Positions 58,832-64,000 of a stretch of DNA of 64,000 bases are shown one piece after another (the stretch's first letter is position 1; each line of letters begins with the position of its first letter). The translations under genes were made by a program, and so were the position numbers. The DNA is from Candidatus Iainarchaeum sp. (GTDB lineage: Archaea; Iainarchaeota; Iainarchaeia; Iainarchaeales; JAZDDZ01), in the NCBI GenBank assembly GCA_043809245.1, contig JAZDDZ010000007.1, positions 1-64,000 on the forward strand. Direction: 5' to 3'. The notes under the pieces were generated by a model. It ran no database searches and had not been told where the DNA came from. It saw nothing but the letters and a program-made list of their open reading frames with translations.

Positions 58832-59731
58832 TCATTTCCCCGCGGATTTAACTTTTTCAAAAAACGCTTTTCTTTTTTTCAGCATTTTCGGCAGCAATGG
58901 AAGCGCGGAAAATTTTCCCTTGATGAATGGAATGCCTTCCCCAAAGTAAAAGTTTCCAGCCAACTCTGAAAAAAAATCAGCCAAAATGAACGGCAGCCTT
59001 GAAAAAAATTCCCCCGCGCGCAAATTCTTGAAAATAACAAGAAGGCTGTTCCTTGAAATAAGAAAGGGGCGCATTGACCCCATTCCGCGCGTTGTTGCAG
59101 ACCCTTCATGGACCGCAACCGCTTTTTCTGCAAAAGCACAGCGCCAGCCCAAGCGCCTTGCCCTCAAGCCGATGTCGCAGTCCTCGTGGTAAATGAAAAA
59201 ATCATTGTCATAGATTTCGCCTGAAACGCTTATTTCTTCAAGCATTTTTTTGCGCCACAGGCACGCGCCGTCATCAGGGCAGAAAACCTTTGAGGCATCA
59301 TACGTTGGAACAAGCCTGAAGCCACGGAGCAATTCAAGGCCAACACACTCAATTTTTCCTGAAGAAAAAAAACGCGTGCATGAAACCATTCCAATGCGTT
59401 CATCTGACCCTGCCGCATTAAGCATATGCCTAAGATAATCTTTATGCAGCACAACGTCGTTGTTAACTGTTGCAATGAATTCGCCTTTGGATGCCGCGAT
59501 TGCCTGGTTGTTTGCAGCGCAGAAACCCAGATTTGATTTGTTTTTTATGAGCCTGGCTGATGGAAAATTTTTTTCAATGAATTCAGCAGAGCCGTCGCTT
59601 GAGCCGTTGTCCACAGCAATTACTTCAAAATCACTGAATGACTGCGCTTGAATCGCTTCAAGGCATTTGCCAATCCGTCCAATGCCATTAAGGTTAACGA
59701 CAACGAATGAAACAAGCGGGTCCACTGTCAA
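58832..59731 (-). CDS. Glycosyltransferase family 2
   Basis: VSFVVVNLNG, VDNGSSDGS, NLGFCAANN, NND, FFIYHEDCD. Confidence 0.92.
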   Translation of the reverse strand: MTVDPLVSFVVVNLNGIGRIGKCLEAIQAQSFSDFEVIAVDNGSSDGSAEFIEKNFPSARLIKNKSNLGFCAANNQAIAASKGEFIATVNNDVVLHKDYLRHMLNAAGSDERIGMVSCTRFFSSGKIECVGLELLRGFRLVPTYDASKVFCPDDGACLWRKKMLEEISVSGEIYDNDFFIYHEDCDIGLRARRLGWRCAFAEKAVAVHEGSATTRGMGSMRPFLISRNSLLVIFKNLRAGEFFSRLPFILADFFSELAGNFYFGEGIPFIKGKFSALPLLPKMLKKRKAFFEKVKSAGK

Positions 59732-60732
59732 AAAAGCACTCTCCTGAATTTAATGGCAGCCAAAAAAGTGAAAAAAAGCTCTGCAAAGGCGACAAGCCAA
59801 ACCACGAAAAAAGACGAGGCAAGTGAAAAGGGATGGAAAAAAACTCTTTTCATAGAAGCGCCCTGCTTGAGCCTAGTGTTAAGAAAAACCGAGAGAGAGT
59901 AGAATGCAAGCAAAACCAATGCCCTTAAAAAAAACGGGTAAGGGAAAAAAAGAAAAAATGCAAGGGAAAAATAAAAGGGGTAATTCGGCACTAGAACAGG
60001 GTTGAATAAGCCAAGGAAAGCGCGCTCCTTTGCATAAACTAAAGGGTGTTTTGCCGCGAGCAAAACATTCCAGTAAGAGGTTTTCAGGTTAAGGCGCTTT
60101 GAAAGGAATGAGAATGCATTGGAGGGAATAACGGAATGGAAAACAAGCGAGCCGGGGGAAAATTTTATGATGAATTTTTTTTCTTTTGCACGCCAGGCAA
60201 GGTCAGTGTCCTCGCACATCGGAGAGGAAAAAACAGGGTCAAAGCCCCCAAGCGAATCAAAGCAGGGCTTTGAATAAAAAATATTGCAGGTAAGAAAGTT
60301 TCCGCCTGAAAGGTTCTCGCACTGGAAGGAAATTGCGCAGACTTTTTCGGGAGAAGCAATTTTTGTAGCGCCCTCAACGATGTCAACTTTTTCTTTCAAA
60401 AAGATTTTTTTTGCGGAGGAAAGCCATTCAGAATCCGCAGTGCAGTCGTCATCAATGAACGCGAGAATTTTCCCTTTTGCGGCTGCAGCGCCCGCGTTGC
60501 GCGCTGCCGCGGGCCCCTTGTTTTCCTGCCTGAGAAAAGCCAGGGAAAAGCGCGGTGAAAAAGAGGCAAGGGATTCATGCAATGGTTTTCTTGAGCCGTC
60601 ATCAACAACAATCACTTCAAATTCATTTGGAGGAATGCTTTGCCTTTCAAGCGATGAAAGGCAGTTGAAGAGAAGCTCGGCGCGGTCCTTTGAGGGAATC
60701 ACCACGCTGAAAAAAGGCGCTTTTTCAGGCAT
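59728..60732 (-). CDS. Glycosyltransferase family 2 with C-terminal TM helices
   Basis: SVVIP, VVDDGS, GPAAARN, FIDDD, GGFD...EDTDL. Confidence 0.92.
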   Translation of the reverse strand: MPEKAPFFSVVIPSKDRAELLFNCLSSLERQSIPPNEFEVIVVDDGSRKPLHESLASFSPRFSLAFLRQENKGPAAARNAGAAAAKGKILAFIDDDCTADSEWLSSAKKIFLKEKVDIVEGATKIASPEKVCAISFQCENLSGGNFLTCNIFYSKPCFDSLGGFDPVFSSPMCEDTDLAWRAKEKKFIIKFSPGSLVFHSVIPSNAFSFLSKRLNLKTSYWNVLLAAKHPLVYAKERAFLGLFNPVLVPNYPFYFSLAFFLFFPYPFFLRALVLLAFYSLSVFLNTRLKQGASMKRVFFHPFSLASSFFVVWLVAFAELFFTFLAAIKFRRVLF

Positions 60733-61884
60733 TCAGTTTTCACCCAAAATTTTTTCGTAAAAGGAAAGTGTTTTCTGGGAAATTTTGCCCCAATCAAATT
60801 CTTCCAGGCCAGAGGAAGCGCTTATTGAAAGCCTTTTCCTCAAGGCGCTGTCTTCCGCGAGCAGGGAAATTTTTTCCGCAATCGCTTCAGCGGTTAAAGG
60901 GACAACAAAGCCGTTTTCGCCTTCGCGCACCAAATCAGAGGCAGCATTGCCAGCGTGAGCAACAGTTATCAGCGGCAGCCCACAGGCAAGGGATTCAAGC
61001 GAGGAAATGCTGAAGCCCTCGCGAGTTGAAGGAAGAACTGAAACACCGCAGGATTTAAGGAAAGAGAACAACTGCAGCTTTTCTGGAAAAAAATCAAGAA
61101 AGGAAACACTGTTGGAAATGTTTAGGGAAGATGCGAGTTTCACCAGTTTTTCCTTTTCAGGGCCATTGCCTATTATCGCCGCGGTCTGCGTTATCCCTTT
61201 TTCTTTCAGTATGGCTACTGCTTTCAAAAGCAAATCAAGGTTTTTGTGCTTCGCAAGGCGGCCGAAAAAAACCAGGTCAGCGCCTTTGCCGGAAGGCAAT
61301 GCCTCTTTTACCGCCGTGAAGTCAAATCCGTTCTCCATAAGCTCGATTTTTTCAGGGGGAATTCCGAGAGTGGAAAGATTCGATGCAACGCGTTTTGAGC
61401 CGGCCATGTTGTGTTCCGAGAAAGCCGCTGCAAGCCTTTCCGTTGCGGATCCGGCAAAGCCAGCCGGGCCGAGATAGCTGAGCCAGTATCGCAGGCCCCA
61501 GACCTCCTGCCACATCACGGCAAGAGGAACTGAATTCTTATCCGCAAAGCGTTTCGCGGGAAAAAAGGGAAGGAATGGAAAGGCATTGCAGTCAATCACG
61601 TCAAACTTTTTTCCATTAAGTGCGCTGCGGAGTGCGAGGGAAAATTTTAACGGCTCCACAATTGTCCTTTTCCCGGAAAAATTGTAAATTCCGCGGTAAG
61701 AGCAGATGCCATGATAATTGATGCCGTCAAGAAAAAGGTCTTTTTCGCCTTGCCAGCACTTGGATGAAAAAAAATGAATCTCGTGCCCTTGTGCTGCAAG
61801 GCGTTTTCCGATTTCATAGTTGCGCAATTCCCCGCCCCCCACAACAAAGGGATATGCGAGGTCGTAAATGAATGCGATTTTCAT
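60733..61884 (-). CDS. Glycosyltransferase family 4
   Basis: YPFVVGGGE, GRLAKHKN, PSTREGFSISSLESLACGLP. Confidence 0.92.
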   Translation of the reverse strand: MKIAFIYDLAYPFVVGGGELRNYEIGKRLAAQGHEIHFFSSKCWQGEKDLFLDGINYHGICSYRGIYNFSGKRTIVEPLKFSLALRSALNGKKFDVIDCNAFPFLPFFPAKRFADKNSVPLAVMWQEVWGLRYWLSYLGPAGFAGSATERLAAAFSEHNMAGSKRVASNLSTLGIPPEKIELMENGFDFTAVKEALPSGKGADLVFFGRLAKHKNLDLLLKAVAILKEKGITQTAAIIGNGPEKEKLVKLASSLNISNSVSFLDFFPEKLQLFSFLKSCGVSVLPSTREGFSISSLESLACGLPLITVAHAGNAASDLVREGENGFVVPLTAEAIAEKISLLAEDSALRKRLSISASSGLEEFDWGKISQKTLSFYEKILGEN

Positions 61885-62570
61885 GAAAAGCGCGCCCCCA
61901 AAATAAAGAAAAAATGCTTTAAGCCGTCCCGCAAGGAATTCATTTTTGAAACCCCTGAACGCGCGGAATAAGTGATTGGAACCTCTGAGATTTCAAGTTT
62001 TTGCTTTTTAGCATTCACAAGCATTTCCAATGCGAACTGCATTCCCAACTGCCTGAACTCGGCTTTCTCCAGAAAAGACTTTTTGAACGCGCGGAAGCCG
62101 GAGTGGGTGTCGGAAAGTGAAGAGGAAAAAAAAAGATTGAAAACAAATGTGAGCAAAGGGTTGCCAATGAATTGGTGCAGGGGCTTCATTGCGCCTGGCG
62201 CAATTTTTCCCTTGAAGCGCGAGCCGATTACAAAATCAGCAGAGCCGGAGTCAATTGGCGAGAGAAGCGATGGAATTTCGGAAAAATCGTAAGTGCCGTC
62301 TGAGTCGGCCATCACAATTGTTTCACCTTTCGCTTCATTGAAGCCAAGGAGATATGCCGCGCCGTAGCCGCGCACGTTCTGGTGCAAAACCTTGACGCCC
62401 AAAGCGCGCGCTATTTCAGCCGAGCCATCATTTGAGCCGTTGTCCACGACAATGATTTCGCCGTTGATTGCATTGGCCCGTAAAACGGATTTTATTTTCT
62501 CAATGCAGCGGGAAATGGTTGGCTGTTCGTTAAGGCAGGGAAGAACGACTGAGACAAATTTTTGGTTCAT
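61881..62570 (-). CDS. Dolichol/polyprenol-phosphate glycosyltransferase (GT2, DPM1-like)
   Basis: VSVVLPCLNE, RGYGAA, DSDGTY, VIGSRF, SDTHSGFRAF, EVPITYSAR.G.SKM. Confidence 0.9.
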   Translation of the reverse strand: MNQKFVSVVLPCLNEQPTISRCIEKIKSVLRANAINGEIIVVDNGSNDGSAEIARALGVKVLHQNVRGYGAAYLLGFNEAKGETIVMADSDGTYDFSEIPSLLSPIDSGSADFVIGSRFKGKIAPGAMKPLHQFIGNPLLTFVFNLFFSSSLSDTHSGFRAFKKSFLEKAEFRQLGMQFALEMLVNAKKQKLEISEVPITYSARSGVSKMNSLRDGLKHFFFILGARFS

Positions 62571-62572
62571 GC

Positions 62573-63673
62573 TTAATGGAATTTTTTCCCGAAAAGCTTA
62601 ACTGCATTAATAACGCGTGAAACCTCGGCAGCGGAAAGGGCGGGGTGCAGGGGAAGCGAGAGAATGCGCTTCCATTCGCGCATTGCCACAGGAAGGTTTG
62701 CGTGCGGAAATTTTTTGTAAAAAGAGAAAAGCGGCAGGGGCTTGTAGTAAACAGTGGATTCTATTTCCTTGGAGCGCAGGAATTCGGATAATGCATCGCG
62801 CTTTCCGTTCAAAACCTTTAAAGTGTAACAGTAATTTGAACTTTTAACGTGTTTTCTCTGCTCCAATGGTTCAAGCCAGCCAAGCGAAGAAAAAGCCTCA
62901 TCGTATTGGCGCGCTATTTCCGCGCGCCTTTTGTTCATGAATTTGAGCTTTTTCAGCTGCTCTAAGCAGATTGAGGCGTCAATGTCGTTCATCTGAGCCT
63001 TGAAGCCTAACTGCTTCACATTGTAAGATAAAAAATCCTTTTCGCGCTCAACGCCCAGAAAGCGAAGCCGTTCAAGCGCAGGCTTTAGCGAAGCGCGGCT
63101 GAAGCATATTGCCCCTGCATCGCCGGCTGAAATGTTTTTTCCGCCGCGAAAAGAAAAACAGGAAGCCGCGCCAAAAGAACCTGCTTTTTTTCCACGGAAC
63201 TCTGCGCCGGTGGCGTGCGCGCAGTCCTCAACCAATGGAATTCCATTGCGCTTTGCGATTTTTTTGAATTCATTCATCTCGCAGCAGTGGCCGCGGTAAT
63301 GCACCAAAAGAATCGCCTTTGTGCGGGGGGAAATTTTTTCCTCAACCGCGGAAGGGGAAAGGTTTAATGTGCCGGGCTCAACGTCAGCGAAAACAGGCTT
63401 TGCACCCGCAAAAATAATCGCGTGCGCAGTTGAAACAAAAGTCATTGGAGTGGTTATCACCTCTGAGCCTTTAACGCCCCGGGCTTCAAGCGATAAATGC
63501 AGCGCGGAAGTGCATGAATCGGTTCCCAAGGCAAAGCGCGTGCCGATAAAGCTTGAGAATTTTTTTTCGAATTCCCTTGTTTTAGGGCCGGAGATGATGT
63601 AACGGCTTTTCAGCACGCGTGCGACTGCCTTTGCTTCCCTTGAATCGAAAAACGGCTCTGAAAGGCGGATCAT
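62573..63673 (-). CDS. DegT/DnrJ/EryC1/StrS nucleotide-sugar aminotransferase
   Basis: DSCTSALHL, EDCAHA, FSFRGGKNI with PLP Lys, GFKAQMNDI, SLPLHP. Confidence 0.93.
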   Translation of the reverse strand: MIRLSEPFFDSREAKAVARVLKSRYIISGPKTREFEKKFSSFIGTRFALGTDSCTSALHLSLEARGVKGSEVITTPMTFVSTAHAIIFAGAKPVFADVEPGTLNLSPSAVEEKISPRTKAILLVHYRGHCCEMNEFKKIAKRNGIPLVEDCAHATGAEFRGKKAGSFGAASCFSFRGGKNISAGDAGAICFSRASLKPALERLRFLGVEREKDFLSYNVKQLGFKAQMNDIDASICLEQLKKLKFMNKRRAEIARQYDEAFSSLGWLEPLEQRKHVKSSNYCYTLKVLNGKRDALSEFLRSKEIESTVYYKPLPLFSFYKKFPHANLPVAMREWKRILSLPLHPALSAAEVSRVINAVKLFGKKFH

Positions 63674-63733
63674 GAAATGAATGGGAAGCGATAATTATAA
63701 GTGGGTTTCCGTGAAAAAAATTGTTGTGGAAAA

Positions 63734-64000
63734 ATGTTTTCGGAAATAAAAGGCATCGGGGCGCATTTGCCCGGGAAGGAATTGGACAACGAGGAAGTAA
63801 TTGCAATAAAGGGCATTGACACCTCTGACAAATTCATCAGGGAAAGGTTCGGCGTGCAAAAGAGAAGGGTTATTGAAGGCGGTGAAAAGAATTCTGATTT
63901 GGGCGCGGAAGCGCTGAAAAAAGCAGCAGAGAAAGCGGGAATCACGCTGAAAGAAATTGACGCGATTGTCTGCGCGACAATGACTCCTGAAAAGCCCTCG
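63734..64000 (+). CDS. fabH: Second KAS III (FabH-like), truncated by the window edge
   Basis: Translated manually (not in the ORF track): MFSEIKGIGAHLPGKELDNEEV...DTSDKFIRERFGVQKRR...SDLGAEA...IDAIVCATMTPEKPS, matching the FabH N-terminus. Confidence 0.85.
   Translation, partial: MFSEIKGIGAHLPGKELDNEEVIAIKGIDTSDKFIRERFGVQKRRVIEGGEKNSDLGAEALKKAAEKAGITLKEIDAIVCATMTPEKPS

Overview
Archaeal genomic window, most likely a DPANN lineage such as Iainarchaeota/Diapherotrites. That placement is inferred from the A-type ATPase, archaeal CoaBC and PGK, TATA promoters and a bacterial-type GAPDH. In order, it contains: coaBC; an RHH/PIN toxin-antitoxin cassette bracketed by a 69-bp duplication of the coaBC 3' end, whose toxin is broken by one in-frame TGA; glycosyltransferases and a Cys-rich surface protein; a complete A1Ao ATP synthase operon (H-I-K-E-C-F-A-B-D) with LAGLIDADG inteins in both A and B; a RelE-type TA module; and pgk, cupin pgi and gap. 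The remaining ~42 kb is a cell-surface locus centred on a 20.1-kb gene for a 6710-aa secreted Ig/LamG/CARDB protein. In this protein, lectin-like domains are plugged into a fixed loop of a repeated scaffold, and the gene is translationally coupled to a membrane-anchored partner. Both flanks carry glycosylation genes (GT-C-like membrane proteins, GT2/GT4, DegT aminotransferases, acyltransferases). The right flank also embeds a bacterial-type acyl-chain module (two FabH, FabG, crotonase, two MaoC, flavoprotein, GNATs, lipid O-methyltransferase-like, radical SAM). This module is the best candidate for an undescribed archaeal system, probably making acylated surface glycans. No rRNA, tRNA, CRISPR, integrase or transposase was seen. 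All family calls come from motif recognition; no database search was run.
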